In this document: positions 9,213-21,912 of the stretch, piece after piece
How positions within the stretch are numbered: the first letter of the stretch is position 1
Layout of the letters: each line of letters begins with the position of its first letter
Source of the DNA: Zygnema circumcarinatum SAG 698-1b
Taxonomy: Eukaryota > Plantae > Zygnematophyceae
DNA length: 39,392 nucleotides
Assembly (NCBI GenBank): GCA_037447605.1
Contig: JBBHKD010000021.1
Location: 1 to 39,392 of the forward strand
Reading direction: 5' to 3'
The notes under the pieces: generated by a model
The model's database searches: none
What the model saw: the letters and a program-made list of their open reading frames with translations, nothing else
What the model was told of the DNA's origin: nothing
Program-made: the position numbers and the translations under genes

Positions 9213-12200
9213 TTAGTTCCTGAGAGGCCCCAGCCCAATGAGATCCGAATTAATCCTCAAGGTCTCACCACTGACTGCCTTCGTCAGCATATCGGCTGCC
9301 TGCTCCCTGGTTCCAATGAACTTGATACTGACAAGTCCCTCTCTCACCTCCTGTCTCACGTAATGGTATTGGATCCGGAAATGCTTGCTCCGCTTGTGGA
9401 ACACCGGATTCCCCATTAGAGCAATAGAGGACTGATTGTCCGTGAAGAGTGGTAAGGGGAGCTGAGGCCGCTCACACTCCCCAAAGAAGTTCCGCAGCCA
9501 CACACACACGCCGGCTGCATGGCAAGCTGCCATATAATCTGCTTCAGTGCTGGAGAGAGCCACTGAAGACTACAAGGTGGAATTCCATGTGATGGCCCCA
9601 CCTGCATTCAAGAAAACGTATCCAGATGTGGAGCGGGATGAATCCAAATCCCCTCCCCAGTCAGCGTCTGTATAGCCATAGACTCGGCTGCGAGTCCCCC
9701 TCTCAAACCTGAGGCCATAATCCACAGTTCCCTTCAGAAACCGAAATATACGCTTGACTCCTTCCCAATGCTCCTCGCCGGGGTTCTCCATGAATCTGCT
9801 TGCCGTGCTCACGGCTTTCGCAAGGTCAGGCCTCGTGCCTGTCATCAAATACATGAGGCTCCCAATCGCAGATCGATATGGCACTCCTGCCATTGCCTTT
9901 GCCTCCTCCTCTGTAGACGGGGACATCTCCTTCGTGAAGCGAACTCCAGCCTCCATGGGACTTGTGCATGGCCTGCACTCCCACATGTTGAACTTCCGCA
10001 ACACATCTTCTGCATACTTCCTTTGACAAAGGAATAGCGAACCATCTGGCCCCCTCTTCAGCTGGATCCCCAAGAGATATTGGGCCTCTCCAAGGTCAGT
10101 CATCTGGAAATTCTCCTGCAAGAGCTCCTTCAACTCTGCAATGCTGCGAAGAGACTTGCTGATCATGATCAGGTCATCCACATAGACCCCAACAAACAAC
10201 TTATCATCATCTTCGCCAACTGAGTACACACAAGTATCAGTCTCAAAACGATCAAACCCATAGCCCTGTAAGAGTTCATCGATCTTCTCATACCACACGC
10301 GAGGGGCCTGCTTCAGCCCATACAAACTCTTCACGAGTCTGCACACAAGGTTCTCCTTTCCCTTCTCGCACTTCCCCTCCGGCTGCTCCATGTATATCTC
10401 TTCATCAAGATCTCCATACAAGAAAGCAGTCTTGATGTCCAACTGGTGGACATGCATCCCCTCTGCGGCTGCAATAGAAATGAGGGAGCGGAGGGAGTTG
10501 AACTTCACCACAGGAGCAAAGGTCTCTGTGTAGTCAATCCCCTCCTTCTGACTGTAGCCCTTGGCCACAAGTCGCGCCTTGTACCTATCGATGCTGCCGT
10601 CCGCCTTCCTCTTAACCTTGAAGACCCATTTGCAGCCGATGGCACGCCTCCCAGGTGGGAGCTTCTCCAAGCGCCAAGTCTGATTCTCAATCAGACTGTT
10701 CCACTCACTATCAATGGCCTCCTGCCACTTGATCTGATCTGGCCCCTCAACAGCTTCCCCGTAAGTCTGAGGCTCAACAGCATGGGCCATGTAACAATGG
10801 GCAATCATGTCCATGTCACCTGAGAATGATGCAGAATGATCCTGGGCATTCTTTCGTGCTTTCTTCCGCATGCGCTTCGTAGGCACAGCCGGACTGAAAC
10901 GATTTGGAGGCCGCCTGGTCCTCCCACTTGTCTTCTCCATCACAGAGGGATGCTCTTCAGGCTGCTCCACAGCTCGCATTGGAGCTGACACTTCCTCCTC
11001 TGGCTCATCAGCCATCTCCTCCAGCAACTCTTCATTCGCCGCTGCACGTGGTTCTGAAGCCACCAACTTATGCGGCATGCTGGCTGCCTCCTCTCGTGAA
11101 CTGGAGGTCTCCTCCTGAGACTTCGTAGCTGATGCCTCCTTCGATGGTCCCACGGACTCCTGCATGTCTCCCCAATGTGGAGAACCCAAGGGAGTAAAGG
11201 TCACCGGTTTTGTCTCATCATCACTCTCTGACTCTACAGGCCGTCGTGAATGAATGGGCGTGGCACTCTCCTCCGTCTGAGCTGGAGTGGCCACTGGCAC
11301 CTTCTCCTGCTCAGGGTGACTCACAATCACTTCACCTTCATAGGTGAATCCGAGTGGACACGACTCATCAGCACGCCTCCATGAGTGGGTAAAGGGGACG
11401 TGTGCAGCATCCTCATCCACCCTCACGTCCCTGCTGATCTCTACCTTCTTGGTCTCAAGGCTATACACCCTGTAAGCCCTGCAATCACTGGCGTATCCAA
11501 GAAAGAAGCCCTCCTTGCCCCTTGGGAAAAACTTCCCTCCACGCGCGACCTTCGGTATCGCATACCAGCACTTTGATCCAAATGCTTTCAAGTGTCCCAC
11601 AGTGGGCTTCGTCCCACTCCACACCTCATCAGGCACTCGATCCTCCAAGACCGATGACGGACACCTGTTCCTCACATAAGCGGCAGTCATCACTGCTTCT
11701 CCCCAAAATGTCACAGGAAATGGTGAGTCATGCAACATCGTCCTTGCCATGTCTCCAAGAGTCCTGTTCACTCTCTCTGCAGCTCCATTACTCTGCGGTG
11801 AGTATGGAGCAGAGAACTCCTGCTTGATTCCCAAGCCTCTCAAATACTCACTGAACACCTTGTTCTTGAATTCTCCTCCATTGTCTGAACGGAGGTTCTT
11901 GAGTAGATGGCCGCTCTCCCGCTCTGCACGCATCTTCCAAGCTCTGAAGGCTGGATAAGCGTCAGACTTCTGTGTCAAGAGCACCACCCAAATCTTTCGT
12001 GAGTAGTCATCAAGGAAAGTGATGAAATATCGACTTCCTCCCAAGCTCGCTGGGGTGATGGGGCCACACAAGTCTGTGTGCACAAGCGCCAACGGCTCCT
12101 TGGCGCGCCCCTCTCCATCTCCTCTTCGCACGAATGGCCCACGATGGATCTTCCCTTTAATGCAGTCTTCGCAAATCCTCTGTGGATCAACCGCACCCTC

Positions 12201-13755
12201 CAAGTCCAAGCCTCGGACCAACCCCTTCTGAGCTAACTCCCGCATGGCTCGAAAACTCACATGCCCAAGCCTCCTATGCCACTTCTGCACCTCATCTTGG
12301 GTCATAAGCAAAACTGACTCTCCTTCTTCTTCAGGCTTACTCCACTGTAAGACGTACAGGCCCTCTCTCCGGTGCCCCTGAAATAAGACATTCCCAGTTT
12401 TCTTATGTCTAGCCACGCAATTCTGCTTATCAAAAGTGACTGAGTAACCCCTGTCGCACACTTGTCCCACAGACACAAAGTTGTGCTGCAACCCAGGGGT
12501 ATAAAGCACGTTACCAATCATGGTAGCTGCCCCTTCACTCTCTCCTCCTAAGACGATCCTCACGTCGCCTCCGCTGGTCACCTTCACTTCCTCACCAGTC
12601 GCTGACTGAACTGAACGAGGGGCCTGGAGCGATCTCATCTCGTAGAACAACCCCCAGTCTGCACACATGTGCGTCGACGCCCCTGAATCAATGAGCCACG
12701 GCTTCTCGGGTCCTTCACACATTCTCCCCACAAACTCCACATGCTCCTTCTCAGCAAACATCAAGTTTGTATCAGTAGCAGCACTTCTGCAATCAATGCT
12801 CTTGTGACCCTTCTTCTTGCACTTGAAGCAAGCGCCTGTGAACTCCTTCTTGCTCGACTTCGTCTTGGCGTCCCCTCCCTTCACTTGGGCCGCCTTGCCG
12901 GAACGGCACTCGTTGGAGTAGTGACCTGGCTTCCCACAAGTGAAGCATGTCCCCTTGGGACGATCTCCGCCACCTCCTCCTTTCGCCTTGCCTTTCCCAA
13001 AAGGCTTCCCCTTCATCGCCAACACGCTCTCACTCGCATCGGATGCGTCATGAAGAGCGTCCTCTTCACGAATCCGCTTCTTCACCTGCTCAAGGTCAAA
13101 GAAAGTGGTAAGTAATTCGAAGAAGGGCAGCGCATGTCTTGATCAGCGGCTGGCAAGTAACCAAACTTTAAGAGTGATCTTGTGGTCGACTCAAGACCGC
13201 CTTGCATCACCACTGAAGCGGCGCACATGAAACGTCAAAGCGCCCCATGTAGTCAGTCAGCTTCTCATCCAAGCTCATCTTCATCTTCCCGAGCTCCGTG
13301 GTACAGGTGCACCACTGTGACGCTGTCCTTCGCATCGTACATGTCCTCCAAACACTTCCACATCTCGTGTGACGTGCTGAGGTCGTAGAGCATGTGTGAA
13401 GGCGTCCCCTTCACACTCATTGCAATCTGAGTGATGGCCTTGTTGTCACGGGCCTTCCACTTTGCAAGCTCCTCCACGGATGTAGCGGCGGCGCCTTCAC
13501 CTTCCCAGTCACATGACCAAGAAGTCCCTTCCCTTCAAGTATGGGAGTCAGCCGCCACTTCCATCCCTTGTAGTCTGTCCCATCAAATGCAGGGACATTA
13601 AACTTCACACTAGCCCCGGTTTCCTCTTCACCATGAGCTCTGATACCACTTGTGAGAGGGGCAGAGGGATGAGAAGCAAATTCACCTTCCACCCTTTCTC
13701 CCTCTTCACTGTCCATGGAAACTTCCCTCCTGGTGCCCGCAGCACTCTCACTCAT
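9213..13755 (-). pseudogene. gag-pol: C gag-pol polyprotein (Gag, 2 CCHC, PR, IN, RT, RH); indels at 13085-13500 and a stop at 9570
   Basis: 1171-aa ORF with DSGAS, WHRRLGH, HTDLCGP, RSDNGGEF, NGAAER, YVDD, DADWGGD, plus RNase H ORF 9213-9563. PR-IN-RT-RH order is Copia. Confidence 0.96.
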
Positions 13756-14586
13756 TTTTCACTCACGTGCATACACAACACACGAGAGGCGGAATAGAAA
13801 AACGTAGGAGAAAGCTCCCAGCCTAAAACTCCTTTATGATGACAAGCTTTCCAACTTAAGCCCCCATAAGCCTAGTCAAGCTTTCACCACATGATCACTT
13901 CACCTTCACGTGAGGCAGCTCTCCACACACGGAGACTCCTCACAAAGGTCCACCTCCTGTTGCCAAAGCCATGCCTTCAAACTGCCATAGCCTTGCAATG
14001 CGTATCAAGAAGGTTTCTAACTTACACACCCACTCTCACTATATAGTATGGGGTTGTGACGTGACCATGTCACGTCACACGCGCCGGGACCATGCATGCA
14101 ACAACCTTATTCAAACAACCTAAATAAACTACTTCGTGTCTTGCTATGCATAGTACACCCAGCCTGGCAACGTACCAACACCACCGCTCTAACCCAGATG
14201 GCCATGTACTCTACCGCCGAGCTGAACTTCCCGCCGTCACCCACAAGGACTATCTTCCGTACGCAAAGTAGGCTCCGCCGACTCCACTGACTTCGCCGCC
14301 TTCCGCCGCCGCATCATTCCTCGATTCCGTACTCCAGGACCGATTCCTCGGAGCGGTACTGAATGTCGGACTCCTGGCCGTACTGTCCGTACTGTCGACT
14401 GTCCGTACAGTCTGTACTGTCCGTACAGTCTCTACCGGCAGCTTGGTCGGTCTCGCCTCCGCGCGCACGCTCTTGAGTCAACCATGAAGTAAGTCCGCCC
14501 CCATACATCTCACACCTAGAAGCACACCCCTAGGAACTAAGCGCCAACACAAACATGCTAATCTGAACTAACTATGTACACTAACA
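13651..14586 (-). repeat. 5' LTR of C (936 bp)
   Basis: TG..CA termini, adjacent PBS, TATA-like TATATAG near 14040. Confidence 0.95.
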
Positions 14587-14591
14587 AAAAA

Positions 14592-16134
14592 GACCCGCGC
14601 TAATTGTACGGACAGTATACGCGCGACGACGACAAAAGTCGGAGCCCCCAATTTTGGTCGGCGCACCGAAACTTCATGTCGTGATGTGACAAGTCGACAA
14701 ATGTTCGCGGCCCCTGGCGGCGCGCGAAATTTCACTCAAGGGAGTAGGGAGTCAACATTCAATGGGGGATTGGAGTCCGTGCACTCGGCCTCCGTCTCAG
14801 CCCAGCTTTGGCACCGCCGACTTGGACACCTATCGTATAGTGGTCTGGCGACCCTTGCAACTCAGAGCATCGTCCGAGGTTTTCCCCTCACGACGCTCTC
14901 GAAGACGGGAGATGTCTGCCCCGACTGCGCGGCAGGAAAGATTCACCGTCACCCCTTCACGACCCACGGCGGGGAGGCATTCCGCGCGACACGGCGGTTG
15001 GAGTTGGTCCACAGTGACATCTGCGGCCCAATCACTCCGGAATCGAAGGGAGGATCAAGGTATTTCATTACATTCCTTGATGATTACTCGAGGAAGATTT
15101 GGGTTGTGCTACTGGAGCACAAGAGCGCGGCATTCGATACCTTTCGTACTTGGCAGACAAAGGTAGAAAGGCAGTCCGGTGAGAGGATTCAGAGGCTCCG
15201 GACGGATAATGGGGGAGAATATAAATCCCCTACAGAGAAGGTCATGACAAGTCGCGACCTTACCGTTGAGGAAACACGCAAGGAGCCACAACACGCGCGG
15301 ACTCGAGTTGAGCCGCTCCCGGCCATTGAATTTCTCCCCTTGAGGGACATTCCGGGAGATGAGGACCTGCCACCACCAGTGTCTACTCCCTTCATCCCAA
15401 CGGATCAAACCCCACTACGGCGCACGGAGACGCCGCAACGTGGAGGAGTGGCCTTCCAAGAGGAAGCGCCAGAATCGGCATTCCCGGAGGAACAGCCCGA
15501 TAACGACCTGCCCGATATTGACTACGATCACGACGACCATGAAGATGAAGCGGAAGAACTCCAGCCTACGCCGGCACCAACCAAGTGGGTGCCGCGGCAC
15601 GGGATGGACCCACCCTTGTACGCCAACGCGAAGGGGTTTACACCCAACTACAAGGTGAAACCGCTTTGGAGGCCCAGGAACAAACCTGACAGGTACGGGG
15701 AATACGGTCCGAGAAACCCATGGACTCAGAAGGAAAAGAGCACGACGGGAAATCCTGAGAAGGTACCCCTTGACTCGGCCGGCTTCACGAGAATGGCACT
15801 CTGCCTTATGGCACATTTCGAGGAGCCGCCAACCTACTCCGACGCATTGGATGGAGCGGAAGCAGCGAAATGGAAGGTAGCCATAAATAGCGAGCTGAAT
15901 AGTCTTAAGGAGAATGGGACGTGGCGGCTAGAGGAGCTACCCCCAGGACGAAAGGCAATCGGCTGCAAATGGGTGTTTAAAGTCAAAACGAAATCAGATG
16001 GGAGTGTAGACAGGTTCAAGGCACGGCTAGTGGCAAAAGGTTCCGCACACAAATTCGGAATCGATTATTCTGAAACCTTTGCACCCGTAGTCAAGTTCAA
16101 CTCACTGCGCGCATTGATTTCGATCGCGGCGGAC
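14592..16134 (+). pseudogene. pol: B pol middle part: integrase (in-frame deletion of ~400 bp of the core near 15225), linker, RT N-terminus
   Basis: WHRRLGH..HSDICGP..RTDNGGEYK jumps straight to SPTEKVMTSRDL, whereas E has ~135 more residues here. Confidence 0.92.
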
Positions 16135-17053
16135 TGTTGAAGCAGGGGACTGTTCGCTGCCTCCGGCAACACCTCGTGTGTCGCCCTCCACAGGAACACG
16201 TGTTCCCACTGAAGATGACATTTCCACTTTATCACTCTCAAGGCTCTATCTCAATTCAATCATTGCCCATAACTCACAGAAAGATTATCAGAGATAAGCA
16301 CAGCGGATAACAACTGAGAGAAGTGTAGGAGAAAGCTCACGGCTCTAAAACTCCTTATATGAAATGTCCACCCACATGAAGTTCTCCCACCAAAATGCTA
16401 TTTCTCTTACTCAGTACCTCACGACACAAGTAAGGCAGCCCGGCAGCACGAGCAGGCACATAATAAGTAACTAGTGTGGTTAACTTCTACATAGTAAAAC
16501 TAATCACTATATACTTAACATGGCGCTGTGACGTGACACATATGTCACGTCACGGCCGCCATTGCCAGTCCTTGCAAACCGGCCGAGCGGCGCACTCAGA
16601 CTCAGTGCGCTACGCCATCATTCTCGTAAACCTATGGCAGCGCCGACCTACAATCGGCTCCTCCGTACAGTTCCGTCATTTTGCCAGCCTTAGTCAGCGA
16701 TCTCCGCGTGCCGACTTTCGTCCCTACATTCGAATCTGCAGACCCACTCAGCGAGTGGTGCGCGTGTCGCGTCATGATTTGCCGTCGACTTTGCCACCTG
16801 ACATTTTCTCCGTCGCATCCGCACCGCAAACCAGCGCTCCGCGATCCGCGATCCGCGATCCGCGTTTGCGCCTCGACCAATCAGCGCCGCTCGTCAATAC
16901 TCCGCGCACTCGCGGCGCACTCGAAGAGTTTAAGGCGCTGACGTCATCCTAAATTAGTCTAGAAGCACAACTACAAGCGTAACCTAACTGAGTACCACAA
17001 CAAGTTAGTGCGTGTTCAATGCAATGTCTAACTATGATACACTAACACTAACA
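16135..17053 (-). repeat. 3' LTR of D (919 bp)
   Basis: Homologous to 30317-31236. Confidence 0.95.
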
Positions 17054-17069
17054 ATCCCCCTCTTGGGAC

Positions 17070-18598
17070 TCAGTTCCTCATGGGCCCCAGCCCTATGAGC
17101 CTACTGTTCACTAGCAATGTCTCCCCACTGACCCCTTTGGTCAACATGTCCGCAGCTTGCTCTTTTGTACATACGAACTTCACCACTATCATCCCCTCCA
17201 CTACCAATTCCCTCACGTAATGGTATTGCACCCTAATGTGCTTGGTCCTCTTGTGGAATACAGGGTTTCCCATCAAGGTTATGGACGACTGGTTGTCCGT
17301 AAACAAAGTCACCGGAGTTTGTGGTCTCTTACATTCATCAAAGAAGTACTGGAACCACACTCCCTCCTTTGNNNNNNNNNNGTTGATCGTGATGTGTCCA
17401 CGTCACCTCCCCAATCTGAGTCGGTGTATCCGATCACTCTAATTGGCCCCCTCTCATACCTGAGGCCGTAATCCAGGGTTCCCCGTACATACCTGAAGAT
17501 TATCTTCACGGCTTCCCAATGTTCAGGACCCGGATTCTCCATGAACCGACTTGCTGAGCTCACGGCTTTGGCCAAGTCCGGTCGCGTACCAATCATTAGG
17601 TACATGAGACTTCCGATAGCAGATCTGTACGGCACTCCGTACATCCGTTGTACCTCCGCATCCGTTGCGGGCGCCATCTCCTTTGACAGTCGCGCCCCGA
17701 TCTCCATGGGGCTGGCACACGATCTGCAATCTTCCATATGGAATCTCGCAAGTACGTCTGCGGCGTACTTCTTTTGACACAGGAAGAGGCTTCTGTCTTG
17801 CCCCCTCTTCAGTTGTATCCCTAACAGATATTGCGGTTCCCCTAGATCCGACATCTTGAAGTTCGCTTGCAGCAGCTCCTTCAAATCATTGATTCTCTCC
17901 AACGAGAGACTCACAATAATGAGGTCGTCAACGTAGATCCCAACGTACATGAGATCCTCGTCCTCCCCTTGTCGGTAAACGGAATGATCCGTTTCGAGTC
18001 GCGCGAATCCGTTCCTCCTGAGAAGATCGCCTATCTTCTCATACCAGATCCTGGGCGCCTGTTTCAGTCTGTACAGACTTTTTACTAGGCGACAAACCAG
18101 ATCCTCCTTGCCCAGGACAAGTTTCCCTTCGGGCTGTACCATGTAGATCTCCTTTGCGAGATCTCCGTACAGAAACGCGGTCTTGATGTCGAGTTGATGT
18201 ACGTGCATCCCCCTCGGCCGCTGCAATCGAAATTAGGGCGCGGAGCGAATTAAATTTTACCACGGGTGCAAAAGTCTCCCTGTAGTCAATTCCGTACGCC
18301 TGGCTGAAGCCTTTCGCCACCAGACGCGCCTTGTACCGATCGACGCTCCCGTCCGCCTTCCGCTTCACCTTGATCACCCACTTGCATCCAATGGCCCTTC
18401 TTCCCCTCGGCAGCTCCTCAAGTCGCCATGTCCCGTTCTCTAGCAAGCTGTCCCACTCACTGTCAATCGCTGCTCGCCACTTTTCGCCATCGACCCCGTC
18501 GTGCGCCTCCTCAAAGGTTTGCGGTTCGGTGATCATGAAGCAGTGCGCTTCTCCCGCGAGTTCAGCCGAGTCAGTGGGCACTCTCTCCTGCACAAGGT
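17070..18598 (-). pseudogene. pol: D RT-RNase H (gap at 17372-17381); second copy of RT at 19957-21047
   Basis: ORFs 18039-18593, 17309-18226, 17070-17360 and 19939-21042 with YVDD, GTRPDLA, KHIRVQYH. Confidence 0.93.
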
Positions 18599-19463
18599 TG
18601 TTGTTCGGCGCTAGAGACCGTACAACTATTGGACATAGTCTCTAGGGCATGAAGGACTTAGGCGCGAACGCCAAGCGACAAGGATGGTCGCGCGGGCGCG
18701 GACGCGGAGTTAACTTCTTGGTACCGTGACGTGACAAACCGAACATATTTCAGGCGTACGGCCGACGGGACGCGCGACGCGACTAAGGGACGCGGAGCGC
18801 GAAATGTGAACGTGGGCGCGACGTGACAAGTGTTCGCGGGCGCAACTCGGAACTGAAACTGAGAAGTTTCAGTCAGGTGCGAAACGGAATTTGCGCACAC
18901 CGCGTTTTGGTACGCGTTCTGGGAACTTGTACGGACGCGACGGCGAAGCGGCAAACGGCGCTAAGTGACTACCCACTAAAAGGTGACCGGAAGCCGGCTA
19001 TGGCGGGTGAGAGACCACTAAGCAAGCGGTCCAGCCCTTGCAAGACGGCAACCGTGACAGGGTCACGGCTTGCAGAGCTACTTAAGCGGCTCCATGGGGA
19101 GCTGTTGGTACCCTGAATCGACCCTGAACCTTTATGGGGAGGTTCACGCCTCATACTACCGCATAGGGGAGCAGTGCATTCCTGGAGTGTAGGTAGCGAG
19201 CTGAGGAAGGGTCGAGTAGTCAGTGGCAGCCGTATCAAAACGCTTCCGCAAAGCATAGGATAGAACCAGCGTCATGAGTAGAGACTGCCTGCACCTGTTG
19301 TATCTTTCCTTTGTATAAATAAGAGGTTTTTCGGCCGGTGGGCTTTTCTCCTACATTCTGTCACACAGTTCCAGCTTGACGATCGACAGTCAGCATGGCC
19401 GCGACAGATGCGAGTGAAGACACGACGAGAGGAGGTTTGGTGTATGACACATCATCCTCAACA
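18599..19463 (+). repeat. Duplicate copy of E 5' LTR
   Basis: Apparently identical to 21048-21912; lies within the 2.45-kb duplication. Confidence 0.9.
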
Positions 19464-21047
19464 AGTGGTATCAGAGCCTCTGATGGTGATATACGGCATA
19501 CCATCCCTATCTTTAAGGGAACTGACTACAAGGATTGGCGGTGGCAGATGACAACCTTACTCCAGAGCAAGGGGCTGCTGAAGTACGTCAACGGGACGAT
19601 CACACCACCTGCCAACTTCACCACCCTGTCTCCGGACGAGCTGGAGCAAACGACGTGGTGGAAGAAGGACGTTCAAGTGAGGATGCTTATATCCTCAAGC
19701 GTCAAGGGGAATCCGGCAAAGATGCTGCGCGAGCTTCAGACTGCCCAAGAGATGTGGCAGAAGCTCTCAGCCATCTACGACACCATCAACACGAACGTGA
19801 AGTTCGAGCTCTACGACGAATTAGTGCAATTGAAGATGGGTCAGACCGAGGAACTGACATCCTACGTCATCAGGTTCAGCGATCTGATGGACAAGTTCGT
19901 CATTGTCGCCAAGGCAATCGACAACGACCAGCAGATCGTCAGCTTCNNNNNNNNNNCACGGCTTCCCAATGTTCAGGTCCCGGATTCTCCATGAACCGAC
20001 TTGCTGAGCTCACGGCTTTGGCCAAGTCCGGTCGCGTACCAATCATTAGGTACATGAGACTTCCGATAGCAGATTTGTACAGCACTCCGTACATCCGTTG
20101 TACCTCCGCATCTGTTGCGGGCGCCATCTCCTTTGACAGTCGCGCCCCGATCTCCATGGGGCTGGCACACGATCTGCAATCTTCCATATGGAATCTCGCA
20201 AGTACGTCTGCGGCGTACTTCTTTTGACACAGGAAGAGGCTTCTGTCTTGCCCCCTCTTCAGTTGTATCCCTAACAGATATTGCGGTTCCCCTAGATCCG
20301 ACATCTTGAAGTTCGCTTGCAGCAGCTCCTTCAAATCATTGATTCTCTCCAACGAGAGACTCACAATAATGAGGTCGTCAACGTAGATCCCAACGTACAT
20401 GAGATCCTCGTCCTCCCCTTGTCGGTAAACGGAATGATCCGTTTCGAGTCGCGCGAATCCGTTCCTCCTGAGAAGATCGCCTATCTTCTCATACCAGATC
20501 CTGGGCGCCTGTTTCAGTCTGTACAGACTTTTTACTAGGCGACAAACCAGATCCTCCTTGCCCAGGACAAGTTTCCCTTCGGGCTGTACCATGTAGATCT
20601 CCTTTGCGAGATCTCCGTACAGAAACGCGGTCTTGATGTCGAGTTGATGTACGTGCATCCCCTCGGCCGCTGCAATCGAAATTAGGGCGCGGAGCGAATT
20701 AAATTTTACCACGGGTGCAAAAGTCTCCCTGTAGTCAATTCCGTACGCCTGGCTGAAGCCTTTCGCCACCAGACGCGCCTTGTACCGATCGACGCTCCCG
20801 TCCGCCTTCCGCTTCACCTTGATCACCCACTTGCATCCAATGGCCCTTCTTCCCCTCGGCAGCTCCTCAAGTCGCCATGTCCCGTTCTCTAGCAAGCTGT
20901 CCCACTCACTGTCAATCGCTGCTCGCCACTTTTCGCCATCGACCCCGTCGTGCGCCTCCTCAAAGGTTTGCGGTTCGGTGATCATGAAGCAGTGCGCTTC
21001 TCCCGCGAGTTCAGCCGAGTCAGTGGGCACTCTCTCCTGCACAAGGT

Positions 21048-21912
21048 TGTTGTTCGGCGCTAGAGACCGTACAACTATTGGACATAGTCTCTAGGGCATG
21101 AAGGACTTAGGCGCGAACGCCAAGCGACAAGGATGGTCGCGCGGGCGCGGACGCGGAGTTAACTTCTTGGTACCGTGACGTGACAAACCGAACATATTTC
21201 AGGCGTACGGCCGACGGGACGCGCGACGCGACTAAGGGACGCGGAGCGCGAAATGTGAACGTGGGCGCGACGTGACAAGTGTTCGCGGGCGCAACTCGGA
21301 ACTGAAACTGAGAAGTTTCAGTCAGGTGCGAAACGGAATTTGCGCACACCGCGTTTTGGTACGCGTTCTGGGAACTTGTACGGACGCGACGGCGAAGCGG
21401 CAAACGGCGCTAAGTGACTACCCACTAAAAGGTGACCGGAAGCCGGCTATGGCGGGTGAGAGACCACTAAGCAAGCGGTCCAGCCCTTGCAAGACGGCAA
21501 CCGTGACAGGGTCACGGCTTGCAGAGCTACTTAAGCGGCTCCATGGGGAGCTGTTGGTACCCTGAATCGACCCTGAACCTTTATGGGGAGGTTCACGCCT
21601 CATACTACCGCATAGGGGAGCAGTGCATTCCTGGAGTGTAGGTAGCGAGCTGAGGAAGGGTCGAGTAGTCAGTGGCAGCCGTATCAAAACGCTTCCGCAA
21701 AGCATAGGATAGAACCAGCGTCATGAGTAGAGACTGCCTGCACCTGTTGTATCTTTCCTTTGTATAAATAAGAGGTTTTTCGGCCGGTGGGCTTTTCTCC
21801 TACATTCTGTCACACAGTTCCAGCTTGACGATCGACAGTCAGCATGGCCGCGACAGATGCGAGTGAAGACACGACGAGAGGAGGTTTGGTGTATGACACA
21901 TCATCCTCAACA
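21048..21912 (+). repeat. 5' LTR of E
   Basis: TGTTG...CAACA, followed by PBS. Confidence 0.95.

Larger units (their letters stand above)
8514..14586 (-). mobile_element. Ty1/Copia element C, full-length, nested antisense in B
   Basis: LTRs 13651-14586 and 8514-9194, PBS 13637-13648, PPT 9195-9206, TSD AAAAA (8509-8513 / 14587-14591). Confidence 0.97.

Noticed and set aside
13085-13500. Possible programmed gag frameshift or recoding in C
   Set aside because: Many scattered indels versus the open paralog I (35854-36438) point to local consensus error or decay, not a single slippery site.
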